Below, piece by piece: positions 1 to 13,550 of a stretch of 64,000 nucleotides of DNA. Position numbers and translations under genes: made by a program. Every line of letters starts with the position of its first letter. Position 1 is the first letter of the stretch. Origin of the DNA: Felis catus (Eukaryota); NCBI RefSeq assembly GCF_018350175.1, contig NC_058368.1:36458001-36522000 (forward strand), read 5' to 3'. The notes beneath the pieces are model-generated. The model was not told where the DNA came from. It ran no database searches and worked only from the letters and a program-made list of their open reading frames with translations.

Positions 1-231
1 CGCCTGGGTGGCGCAGTCGGTTAAGCGTCCGACTTCAGCCAGGTCACGATCTCGCGGTCCGGGAGTTGGAGCCCTGCGTCAGGCTCTGGGCTGATGGCTC
101 AGAGCCTGGAGCCTGTTTCCGATTCTGTGTCTCCCTCTCTCTCTCTGCCCCTCCCCCGTTCATGCTCTGTCTCTCTCTGTCCCAAAAATAAATAAACGTT
201 GAAAAAAAATTTTTTTTAAATAAAAAAAAAA
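1..231 (+). mobile_element. Young felid Can-SINE (SINEC_Fc-like), 5' end clipped by the window
   Basis: Pol III A-box TGGCGCAGTCGG, (CT)n tract, AATAAA-containing A-rich tail. Confidence 0.95.
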
Positions 232-799
232 GATTAATTGAAATGTGTATGTAGGATACTTAGGTCAGGTAAAGCAAGAAATAAGAAATAATATTTCGAA
301 TATATGAATGTAATTCAAACAACAAGGAGAAATAATATAAACAAAATCCTAAAGTACATATCATGAGAAGTGTTGCAGTATATTAGATGATAAAATCCTT
401 AACGAGGGCAGAAGACTCTTCAAGTTGTTACAACGACCAACCATACTGCACATAGATGTGAAACACTAAGATTTCAGAGAATAAAAGATGCCACAGTAAT
501 TCACTCTGCCATATTCTCATCAGACCTGTATATGTTTTTGTAAAAATAGTACCTGCTAGTTTTGGAAAATACACATACATTTAAGGGCATAAAATCATAC
601 TTCTTCTATGAACACCCAGATATCTATATTAGTAACATTTATGTGTATGTCCTCTCAATCTTTTTCTTCACTTATAACTCATCTTCCTGTATTTATGTTC
701 AGTTATGCTCATATTTTGTTGTGTTTTGTAGTAACTGACAAAACCCACAGTGATAATTTCCGAAATTTAATGTATTAAATAAAATACATGGTTTCTTCC

Positions 800-915
800 C
801 TAAACAGCTAGAATGGAATCTCTATGAGGACAAGGACTCCATTGGTCTTACTCACAGCTGCCTACCCATGCCTAGCCCCTAAGTAAATACATTTTGTTAA
901 AATAATATTTGAATA
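800..915 (+). mobile_element. Probable L2 3'-end fragment
   Basis: ctctatgaggacaaggac...tacattttgttaaaataat resembles a degraded L2 3' terminus. Confidence 0.5.
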
Positions 916-2188
916 AATAGTCTAACGCAAGCACACACATATACATAGCACAAAATCAAGTTTAGTTTATAATTAGTCATTTTAATAATAAAAATACAAA
1001 TTCTAATATTATACATAAGTTTGCAGCTTTGATTGGACCTTCATGGCACTCACTACAATTGGAACTAATTAACTGTGTGTACATAACTTAATGTTTTTAT
1101 CCTCAGACTATAAACTTCAAAGGCCGGGATCGTGACTGCGGATATTACCTGCAGTGCCTTGCACAATGATTGGCTCCTAGTGTGGGTTTAATACATCCCT
1201 GTTGAATCAATAACTGGTTTATTCATGTAGCCTCATGGTTCTCAAAACTTCTTTTTATTTGCTGAATGCTTCATTCAAATTAAATCTGTCATCAAAATGC
1301 AGTGTGTAAAGCAAGTTAAAGTAGTGCTGTTCAGCTTTGAGTGGGCTTGGAGGCCTTGACTCCAGCTTCCTGACCCTTCTCCTTGTCCCCTACTGTGGTT
1401 CTTGAGGCACCATGGAGAGCCACTAGGGTTCCTTAGAAAATCCTTTGATAAGCCACTGAACCCATCTAACCACTTGGATTCCTTTTTGTAACATTCATCT
1501 AATGGAGACTTAGTACCTCCATCACCGGGGAACTCACACTTGTTCTGAGGTTGGGAACTCACGCTGTTCTGAGGTTGCCTGTTTTCCTTGTTGGACTGCC
1601 TCTAGGTTAAGATTTTTTTATTATATTAAGATGAAGTCTTCTCTATAGTCCTTAGAACTACCCTCTGAGACTGACAACAAGTCTAAATGTTCTTGTACAT
1701 GTGTCTTTCAAATTTCTGAGGGTCACTATTACAGTCTGGTGGGGTTTTTTTGTTTGTTTGTTTGTTTGCCCTCCTCTCCTCTTTTTTTCTTCCTTATTTT
1801 TTCTCATACTACTTATATTTTGATTATGTTGATGATATAACAGAACAGTATACTAAAATAAAAGTATATTAATGTTATTGTTGTAAAGTATCATGTAATG
1901 AAAGTGTTGCAACTTGCCTTTTTGAGGTATTTAAAATGTAGCAATAAGTATAAATAATAATATAAAACCATCCATATTCTTACTACTCAAGGAACAGTAA
2001 CTAATAGATTGTCGTAATTGCTCCTATTCTTTTTTTAAAGAAATAAACTTAACCAATGAAGAAAAAAATCCTCTTTGGCAGCTACCCTCATACCCCACCA
2101 GTATTCTGAGTTTGTCGTGCGTCCTCAAATCAGTTTTCATTCTTCTACATACATGTGTATGCATCTACACATCCAGACATAAATAAAT

Positions 2189-2275
2189 CTGTGCTGTCCA
2201 GTATGTAGCCACTGATTTAAATTTATTAAAATAAAGTGTAAAAAATCAGTTTCACCATTGCCATTAGCCATATTC
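2189..2275. mobile_element. MER3 (hAT-Charlie) left part, split by the LITAF retrocopy
   Basis: ctgtgctgtccagtatgtagccac...ttagccatattc matches the MER3 end as recalled; the element resumes at 4505. Confidence 0.75.
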
Positions 2276-4504
<2,229 letters not shown>

Positions 4505-4615
4505 CACTAGCCTTATTCCAAGTGCACATGTAGCCACATGTGGCGAATGGCTCCTATTCCCATATTGGACAGTGGAGATATAGAATATTTCCATCATTGT
4601 GGAGACCTCTGTTGG
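4505..4615. mobile_element. MER3 right part
   Basis: tagccacatgtggc...catattggacagtggagatatagaatatttccatcat continues the MER3 consensus from 2275. Confidence 0.8.
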
Positions 4616-4639
4616 TATATATATTTTAGTATGTGCTTT

Positions 4640-5750
4640 TAAAATTTCACATGATGTAATACTGTTTATGTTTATAAAGCTGCTAAACTGTTTTGTTTTG
4701 TTTTTTAACCTGGCTTTATGTCATTGAGATCTGCCCAAATTTACATAGAGGTCTAGGGTATTCCTTTAAACTGGCATAGAGCATTTTATTTTATGAGAAT
4801 ACCACCTTTTTTTTTTTTAACTCATTTATCCTCTATTGAACATTGGCGTTGTTTCCATTCTTCTTTAAAAAAAAATTTTTTTTTTTAATGTTTATTTATT
4901 TTTGAGACAGAGAGAGACAGAGCATGAACGGGGGAGGGACAGAGAGAGAGGGAGACACAGAATCTGAAACAGGCTCCAGGCTCTGAGCTGTCAGCACAGA
5001 GCCTGACGTGGGGCTCAAACTCACAGACCGTGAGATCATGACTTGAGCCGAAGTCGGACACCCAACTGACTGAGCCACCCAGGCGCCTCTGTTTTCATTC
5101 TTCTATTTGAAAGCAATGTGTCAGCGAATATCTTTCTCTGGAATAAGTATGTAAAAGTGAAAATGTGCAACCATAAGGTATGCACATTTTTCAGTTTTGT
5201 TAGATATTGCCAAATCAGTCTCCAAAGTTGTTGTATCAACTTTACTTTTATGAGGAGTGTATTAGGAATCATTTCCCTGTATCCTTGTCAACATTTGATA
5301 TTCTTTACTAGTTTTGTTACTAGGTCAGATGAAAAGTGGAATTTTATTGATAGCTCATTGCTTTAATCACTATGTTGCACACCTGAAACTAATATTGTGG
5401 TTATTGATATGGTTAAACTTTTCACATATTTATTGATTACTTAGGTTTTATTTTTGCATATTGCCTATTCATATACTTTGCACATTTTTCTAATGGGATT
5501 TTTACCTGTTTCTTTTTATTGTTATTTTTTTAAATCTTTTTTAAACCTTTTTCTTAATGACTTGCAGTACTTATATTCTTACTCTACATACATATCTGAC
5601 TAATATATCTTAGTACATAGTGATCTACTTCATTTTTTGGTAATGTCTACATGGTCCCTATTATAACTTATTTAAATATTCCCTCATTGTTGGACATTTT
5701 AGTTACCTTCAGGGTTTTGTTATTACAAATAATACTGGTACCTTCTTGGC
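4640..5750 (-). mobile_element. Old antisense L1 3' fragments, interrupted by a SINE
   Basis: Degraded antisense L1 motifs (tattgccaaat, catatttattg, tggacattt..ttattacaaataat). Confidence 0.6.
4864..5087 (-). mobile_element. Can-SINE
   Basis: Reverse SINE; TSD gtttccattcttct / gttttcattcttct. Confidence 0.93.
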
Positions 5751-5950
5751 TCCCATAAGCATTAATCGTGCTCATTGAATATTTATGATTCTCTACCTCT
5801 GGCACCTGGTGATTGACTTTCTGTGTTGTCGTATGTCCAGTCCTGGCAGGGCATTAATTTCCAGTGTGAGATTCTCCAGAGTCTTTTTTACCCTCTACTG
5901 CTTTGATCAGCAATGTTACTGGTTAATGCTCTGTCAAGATTCTGGAGTGA

Positions 5951-6147
5951 GGGGGCACCTGGTTGACTCAGCCAGTTGAGGTACTGACTTCGGCTCAAGT
6001 CATGATCTCATGGTTCTGTGGGTTTGAGCTCTGCACCGGGCTCTCTGCTGTCAGGGTGGAGCCTGCTTCAGATCTTCTTCCCCCCTTCTTCCTACATCTC
6101 CCTCAGTCACGCTCTATCTCTCAAAATGAAACGTTTTTTAAAAAAAG
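5951..6147 (+). mobile_element. Can-SINE (older, diverged)
   Basis: ggggcacctggttgactcag head, CT tract, A tail, short TSD ggagtg. Confidence 0.88.
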
Positions 6148-6534
6148 GAGTGTGGATGACCATGATGATCAGAGGCCTTCCTCCCCACCCTCCAAGCACC
6201 CACTTTGGACAGAAAATTTTTTTTCTTGTCTTTCTTTATAAAAATAAACACTTTGAATTAAAAGCCACTAACATTCTGTGGTTGTCTGTCGTCATGGCAT
6301 GACCCCATTTGTCCTGATGGCCACACCCTATTGCTTGTATTTACTAGTTAAGAAACTTTAAAACAAATGGGGTTCATCTGCATGGTTTAGAATCACAGAA
6401 TTCTAGAAGTTAATTTCTAGAGGTCAACTATTTTACTCTTCCTCTTAAAAATTCACCTCCTAAATCATATCTCCTAGAATAATGGCTAATGGGGTAACAG
6501 CAAATTCCCTTTTCTTTAGTTTGTGGAATCCCAG

Positions 6535-6880
6535 TCCTTTTGTTTGTCTATTCATCAGTTCATGGACATTTTGGATTGTTTCCAAACATCATTGGCTATA
6601 ATGAATGATGCTAATATGAACATCAAGTACAAGTTTTTGTGTGGATATTAGTTTTTATTTCTCTTGGATATATATACCTAGGAGTAGAAATGCAGACTCA
6701 TATGGAAACTCTATGTTTAACTTTTTGAAAAATTGACAGTTTTCCAAAATAGTTGCACAATTTCACATTCCTACCAACCATGTATGAAGATTCCAGTTTC
6801 TTCACATTCTCATCAACACTTGTTATCATCCATCTTTTCAAGTATAGCCATCCTAGTGGGTGTGAAGCATCTCAATTGTA
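6535..6880 (-). mobile_element. L1 (L1MA/MB-like) 3' fragment, antisense
   Basis: atatacctaggagtagaaatgc...ccatcctagtgggtgtgaag typical of antisense L1. Confidence 0.85.
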
Positions 6881-6881
6881 C

Positions 6882-6910
6882 TTTTTTCCCCCTAGAGTTT
6901 ATTTATTTTT

Positions 6911-6941
<31 letters not shown>

Positions 6942-7322
6942 CAGGGGAGGGGCAGAGAGAGAGGGAGAGAGACAATCCCAAGCAGGCTCTGTGATGTCAG
7001 CACAGAGCCCTACTAGGGGCTTGAACTCACGAGCAGTGAGATCATGACCCTTGCTGAAATCAAGAGTGGGATGTTTAACCAACTGAGCCACCCAGGTACC
7101 CCTTTTCAAAAAAAAAATGTTTATTTATTTATTTAGAGAGATAAAGAGTGAGAGAGAGCACAGGGGAGGAGCAGAGAGGGGAGAGGGGGAATCCCAAGCA
7201 GGCTCCCCACTGTCAGTGCAGAGCCTGTTATACAGGGTTTAAACTTCATGAACCATGAGATCATGACCAGAGCCAAAATCAAGAGTTGGACACTTAATCG
7301 ACTGAGCCACCCAGATACCCCC
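6882..7322 (-). mobile_element. Two tandem Can-SINEs (~6882-7102 and ~7104-7322)
   Basis: Two consecutive reverse SINE bodies, each ending gagccacccagg/a. Confidence 0.9.
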
Positions 7323-8339
7323 AGGATGATGTTTTTAAAGAAAAGTGGAATCCCCCCCCCCCATTCGTTATAGACTTTTGCTGTAATATTCATATGAAAC
7401 CGAGCCAGGCAGTTGCTGTTTGTTATTTTTAGTGCCACTCTGAAAGCATGCATTTTACTTATTTTTTTAATTCAATAAATTATTGTCATTGTTTTTGATG
7501 CTAATATTGTCCCAAATTTTCCCAGTGGTTATCCTCAACTCATTCTTTAAAATATGTCTTAAAGTAAGGGAATACAGTGTTTCGTGGAGCATATTATTAA
7601 AGTTATTGTAAGTGCTTTGCAATGGTAAATTCACTATACCATGAAAACAAATGTATAAAGGACTCACAGTTAAGAGTAATTCTGATACTAGGACAGCATA
7701 TCATTTTCATAGTTAACAAGTTAAACTAATTGCAAAATGTAAATAATCGGTAAGAGTGGATTCTATTTAACAACCAATAAAAAATATTAGCAATTTGAGC
7801 CATCTATTTACCTTCAGAATGGTAAATCTTTTCCTGACTCCTGTATATGATGACTGGTGCCAATAAACTGAAATATACTTGTAGCCAAGTGTATGGCCTA
7901 AACACCGTAGGCTACTGTAAATTGCAGAGAATAGGATGAAATTATTTCTGATTCTAAATACTTGGAAATATGTTTCATTAAAATTAGTTTCTAAGCAATG
8001 TGCTTGAAAACATATTTCGATAGCATTAGAGTTAAGAAAGCCATCAAGATTTTAAAACTATGAGTTGGGAAGCACAGAGTATGTATCCCAATTAGAAGGA
8101 GAAAAATTTGTATTGAGATTTAGCTCCGCCCACAGCAATTATTTCCTTCCTTCTGTAACTGTCAATTTCCTCCCCAGTCCCAGGAGCTTCTCTGTCCAGT
8201 TCCGCAGTCTGTCTTTGTGATGATGGTTTCAAATGAGGCAGCCGCGATGATACGGCTTAAGTTCTTGGTTTCTCTCCGAGACTTGACAGTTGGGGCTGGA
8301 ACCACACAGAAGCGTCTTTATCTCGAGTACTCACAGAGG

Positions 8340-8600
8340 TGGAAAACCAGAGAGGGCGGAGCAAACTTTTAGGGAGAGTCTCCCCTGCCCGCGGCCTCTT
8401 CCACCTGCTCCTCCCCGATTGGCTGTCGTTAGTCTCAGCCGTCCAATCGCGCTGGCGCGCCCAGCGCGCCGTTCCGCGACGCCGCCGCGCATGCTTACTC
8501 GGGGACCCGCCCCTGTGCTTCATCGCTCCTGAAAGCCGGAGAAGGACACCAGCGAAGCTGTGGGAGCCAGGCCTGGCTGTCTTCGTGCTAACGTCACAGG
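8340..8600. promoter_or_regulatory. TDRD3: Upstream core promoter of TDRD3 (TATA-less, GC-box/CCAAT type)
   Basis: GC boxes GGGCGG 8354-8359 and CCGCCC 8507-8512; ATTGG 8418-8422 and CCAAT 8443-8447; NRF1-like GCGCATGC 8487-8494; CRE-like ACGTCA ~8591-8596. Confidence 0.7.
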
Positions 8601-9330
8601 GCTGCGCTGGGACTTTGGACGGGTCCAGTGGCAGAGCGACAGAGAAAACAAACACACAACTGCCCGATTTACTCATGTCCCTTAAGTGGAGGTTTTCCTG
8701 GGTTGACTGTTTTCATTGTGGTACAATCTCTACAAACTGATTTGCCTGTGGGGACTCGAAAAAATGCGATTTCATTCTTTTCTTTGCGTCGGGGCAGATG
8801 GAAAAGCGGGGTGAATGGACCGAGTATTTAAAAAAAAAAAGTAAACTTTTCTCTTGTGCAGGGTGACTGGGGTTACCGTTCCTTTGAGTTTTACTACCCC
8901 GAAACTAAACACTTCCTCGCAACCGACCCATCCCTCAACCCTAGCATATCCTGGTTTCTGTGAAGTGACCGCCTCTAGGCGCTAGAAATGCGGACGTTAC
9001 TTTCTGCTCTAGAAAAAACGTCCCCATTAGTTTCCAAGGTGTACAACTCAGAAAAGTGACCCAAAACAAAAAATAATCAGCTTTCGGTGGAGAGGCAAAG
9101 TCTCGTGGTCCTTCTTCACAAATTGGCCAGCGACCTCCCGGCCCCAGACGGTCCTTAGCGGGGGGTGGCGGCGGGGGGGGGGGGGGGGGACAAGGCCTCA
9201 GGCAGGCTGCAACTACCAAGCTCCACGCCAGGCCTGCCCCTGCGGCCGCTCGGAAAACGCGGCGAGTGGAACCCGCACGCGGAAGCGCCGGCCGCACTGA
9301 GCATGCCCAGTTGCAGAGCCGACCAGAGGA

Positions 9331-9356
9331 GTTTTTTTTTTCTTTTCTTTTCTTTC

Positions 9357-9389
<33 letters not shown>
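9331..9389 (+). repeat. Poly-T / pyrimidine tract upstream of the TDRD3 start codon
   Basis: ~58 nt almost all T, ending in a run of ~30 T. Confidence 0.9.
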
Positions 9390-9390
<1 letters not shown>

Positions 9391-9465
9391 GTCTCAAGTA
9401 GGAGGCCTACCCCCCCCACCCCCACCCCCAGCCCCCCACCCCCACCCCCGACCTAAGCAGCTACC

Positions 9466-9506
9466 ATGTCTGAGGTCCCCGGCGCGGCGTTGTCCCAGGC
9501 GGGTTG
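9466..9506 (+). CDS. TDRD3: TDRD3 (Tudor domain-containing protein 3) first coding exon, partial CDS
   Basis: CTACC-ATG (A at -3), reads MSEVPGAALSQAG + TG, then canonical donor GTAAGT at 9507-9512; matches the long-isoform N-terminus as I recall it for human (MAQVAGAALSQAGWYLSDEG). Too short for the ORF track. Confidence 0.88.
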
Positions 9507-10957
9507 GTAAGTGGCAAGTCCCGCCGGCCGCCCGGCCGCGGGCGCGGGCCGGGGCCCCGAGGAGGGTTGGGGTTGGGGGCGGTGGGTACGTGTCGGGGTA
9601 GGCGGAGGCCGCCGCCTGCCCCCGGCCTCTCTCCGGGCCCTCCGGGCCGGCTCCGCCCCCGGCGCCACGCGGAGCCGAGCGAGTCCCCCAGCTCCCCTCG
9701 GGGCGGCGGCGGCGGCGGCGCGGCCTGGGCCCCGGGCGGCGGGCGGCGGGCCGGGGAGAGGCCGGGGGGCCGCTGGCAGAGCAGGCAGGGCGGCCGGCGG
9801 CCCAGGCCCGAGCGGATCCGCCCGATAGGACCTGCCGCGCCGTGCGCGCCGCTCCGGGCGGTGTTGCTGCGGCGGGACGAGGGGAGGCGAGGGCTGGAGA
9901 ACCGTGTGCGGCGGAGAGGGGCGAGCGCGGCCGGAGCCCGCGGGCCCGGGGGCCCGCGGGAAGTTGAGGGTCGACCCAAGCAAAGCCTGTGCGGCTGCCT
10001 GGGCCGCCGCTTCTTTTCCGTAATTTCGGAGTAGTGTACCGACCGGCGTGAAGCTGCCCTCCGTGGCACACTCACAACTTCTGAAGCTAAGAATGACCTC
10101 ATTGTCAACTCGTGTGGGTGCTCCGTAGAACTTTTCTTGAAGCGATGGCAGTGTTCATTTTTTTAAACACGTTTCACGTCAAGATTTTAACATCTGAGAG
10201 CAACAAAAAATTATGCGAAATTAAGCCGTTTCTGAAACTGAGGTCATTGCAGTTGTTAACATTGTTTAATTTAGTAACGCTTTTCCAGGCCTTCATAGGC
10301 ACAGAGAGGAGGGGTAGGAAGGATAAAAAAGATTTGCCCCTGCTCTCTGGCAGTTCACTATCTTAGGGAAAAGAGCAGAGAGGGAGGCATTCCAAGAACG
10401 AACACAACAACGGAGACAGTGGCAAACTGTACAGAGGGGCAGGCAAATGTGCTATGGAATTGGAGGGGAAGGAGAGCTCACTTCCTAGAGAAGTGGGTTC
10501 TGAAAGACGGCGAGGAAAGGGCTTTCTAGGCAGAGCCACTGGAGATGCAACACAGAAGTAGGGAAGCGCTTATTGGTTTGCAGAACTGACACTAGATCCT
10601 TGTGGTTCGTGGAAGTAGGAGGGTGTCCAGTGAGGCTTAAGACCCGAAAGGTTGGGCCAGATTTAACGCCTGTATTTTGAAGAGGGGGCTTCTGGCTGTT
10701 CAGGTTAGAAGACTAGCACAGAACTGTGAAAAGCAACTTTACCTATCTAGAAAGTGGTGGAGCTGAAAGGTGAGCACAGGGGGGCTGGTACTTCCCACTG
10801 TTATGCGTTGTTCCTACAGTTTTTCCGTGAACACCATTAGCATAACAGACTGTGGAGTTAAAAGCTAACCTTACCCAGTTTTACTTTTGTTCTGGAATTT
10901 CTACCTTCAGTTTCTTTACCTCAAAGGATGTATTGAAGAATCTTGGGTCACTCTTCG

Positions 10958-10959
<2 letters not shown>

Positions 10960-10990
<31 letters not shown>

Positions 10991-11160
10991 AGTTTCTTTA
11001 TTCAGAGAGAGAGAAAGCACGCAAGCATGGGAGGGGCAGAGAGAGAATCCCAAGCAGGCTCCAAGCTGTCCGCACAGGGCTGAATTTAGGGCCCAATCTC
11101 AGGAATCATGAGCTGAGGTGAAGTTGGATGCGTAATTGCCAGAGCCACTCAGGCGCCTCC
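10960..11160 (-). mobile_element. Can-SINE with (TAA)n tail
   Basis: Reverse SINE; TSD ttgggtcactcttc / ttggatcactcttc. Confidence 0.9.
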
Positions 11161-11306
11161 TTGGATCACTCTTCTATTTCAGTTTTTTCCCGTGCTTCGT
11201 TAGATTGAGCCTTAGTTCTTCAACCTAGTGATACAACTTCAGGTACAAACTTGGTCTTTTACTTCTTTCCAACGTGACCCCACCTCCTTTAGAAAGGCTA
11301 GTCTCA

Positions 11307-11762
11307 GGGGCGCCTGGGTGGCGCAGTCGGTTAAGCGTCCGACTTCAGCCAGGTCACGATCTCGTGGTCCGTGAGTTCGAGCCCCGCGTCAGGCTCTGGG
11401 CTGATGGCTCCGAGCCTGGAGCCTGTTTCCGATGCTGTGTCTCCCTCTCTCTCTGCCCCTCCCCCGTTCATGCTCTGTCTCTCTCTGTCCCAAAAATAAA
11501 TAAAAAACGTTGAAAAAAAAATTAAAAAAAAAACGGGGCGCCTGGGTGGCGCAGTCGGTTAAGCGTCCGACTTCAACCAGGTCACGATCTCGCGGTCCGT
11601 GAGTTCGAGCCCCGCGTCGGGCTCTGGGCTGATGGCTCAGAGCCTGGAGCCTGTTTCCGATTCTGTGTCCCCCTCTCTCTCTGTCCCTCCCCCGTTCATG
11701 CTCTGTCTCTGTCCCAAAAATAAATAAACGTTGAAAAAAAAATTTAAGAAAAAAAAAAAAAA
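11307..11762 (+). mobile_element. Two young SINEC_Fc in tandem (11307-11534, 11535-11762)
   Basis: Both near consensus; single perfect 16-bp TSD agaaaggctagtctca at 11291-11306 and 11763-11778. Confidence 0.96.
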
Positions 11763-13062
11763 AGAAAGGCTAGTCTCATATTTTGGTTCCAAACACATAC
11801 TAAATTGTTCTTTTTTGGTTTTGGACCCTAAACTCCTTAAGGGTGGGGAACTATAACTGATTTTTCTGTGTATTTTTGGTGCCAGGGAGCCACTACAGTG
11901 TAGGTTTTCAGTAAAGTCTCATACAACTGACCTTGGGATGCCCCTGCCAATTAGAATTCAGACCCTGCCAATCAGACTGCTAGCAGGGGTTTCCACCCAA
12001 TCTTAGATAGAGTGCCTCCCTTTGTTATAAAGCTAAAGGAATGTTATATTGTAACATTTGTTACTTTATATCACAAATTATCTGTTTAACATGTTTCTTT
12101 TTCCACCAGATTTCTGTTGCTTTTGTAAAGCAGTGACTAATGAAGGCAATAGTAAGCCATGGGTCTAATAAGACTGTTTTTCTAGGAATTTTGGAGTTAC
12201 ATGTAATTCCTAATGGGTCTTGAATGGGTTAGATTTGTGCCAAACAAAAGGATCTCCTAGGCGTTCAGGTGGCCTGTATAGATCTTACATTTAAGTACAG
12301 ACTTACTATGTTAAAATACAGAATTTCAAATGTTTAGGCAGAGAAGAGTACTAGAAGGAGAATTGATGACCAAAGAGTACCTCTGACCAGTTCATTACAG
12401 TTCTGATATTTTCAGTTTCCTCTAACTCTTGAGATTCTCTGTTATTGTCACTGACAAAACCATTTTTCTTAGTACTTAATCTATTCACTTAATGACTTGT
12501 AGGACTTAAAAAGAAATAGATGCTAACCTAAACTGTTAAATCCTTTCTATTATCTTCACCTAAAACAATAGGTTAGGGTAATATCTTATGCCAAAAAAGC
12601 TTAGGTTTCTAACCTATTATTCCAGTTTGTTATTTTCTGAGTATTTTTCCCCCTCCTAAGTCCTTAATCTTCATTAGAACCCCCACAAAATCAATATTTT
12701 AAAATATAACTCCAACAGTAGCCACCCTAGCAGACTTTACAATAATTTTTTTCTTCAGTGATGAGTAGCATAGAAAACATCAGGTTTTGATGATTTGAAC
12801 TTTAAAACTTTCAGGGACTTACACAGTATGGTGATTATGTTTAAATAATGCACTAAATAGTACATTGATATTTTGTGGTACTTAGTTATGTGTGGAATAG
12901 ACTTCAGGATGAGAGGAGATTTTACTTAATTTGTCTAGATAACAGATTTACTTAATACCTTTTTGGTTTTTCTCCTTGGAGAATCCCTTAAGGGGGATTT
13001 GTATATTTCTACTAACCTTTTGAATCTTTAAAATTTTTATAGAGATGTCAATCTTTTGAAAT

Positions 13063-13260
13063 TTTTATTTATTTTAAAGTTTATTTATTTTGAGAGAGTG
13101 AGCGGGCGTGGGAGAGAGTATCCCAAGTACTGGGATACTCAGTGGGCTCCACAGTGTCAGGAAGGAGCCCATTTTGGGGCTCAGCTCAGGAACCCAGGAG
13201 ATCATGACCTGAACTGAAATCAAGAGTCAGATGCCCTACTGACTTTCAAAAGGTGCCCCA
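13063..13260 (-). mobile_element. Can-SINE (diverged)
   Basis: Reverse SINE; TSD-like cttttgaaa on both sides. Confidence 0.85.
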
Positions 13261-13328
13261 ACCTTTTGAAACTTTAAAAAAATAGAAACATGTTAGAACA
13301 CAATTAGTTGTGATTGTGTTTTTGAAAA

Positions 13329-13550
13329 GGTGGAGCCCTGGGTAGCTCAGTCAGTTAAGCCTTTGACTTTGGCTTCAGGTCGTGATCTCATGGTCCCTGG
13401 GTTTGTGCTGACAGCTCAGAGCCTGGGGCCTGCTTCTGATTTTTGTGTCTCCCTCTCTCTCTGCCCCTCCCCTGCTTGTGCTGTCTCTATCTCTGTCTGT
13501 GTCTCTCTCAAAAATAAATAAACATTTAAAAAAATGAACGAAAAAAAAGA
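13329..13550 (+). mobile_element. Can-SINE with internal deletion
   Basis: SINE head, CT tract, A tail; TSD gaaaaggt. Confidence 0.9.

Larger units (their letters stand above)
8330..10070. promoter_or_regulatory. CpG island spanning the promoter, first coding exon and start of intron 1
   Basis: Very high GC and CpG density (two lobes, ~8330-8640 and ~9120-10070) against an AT-rich, CpG-poor background. Confidence 0.92.

Noticed and set aside
8941..10108. Long GC-rich ORFs (up to 225 aa) on both strands of the CpG island
   Set aside because: Low-complexity Pro/Arg/Gly/Ala translations are expected in stop-poor GC-rich DNA; no recognisable domain; the real coding signal is the 41-nt exon
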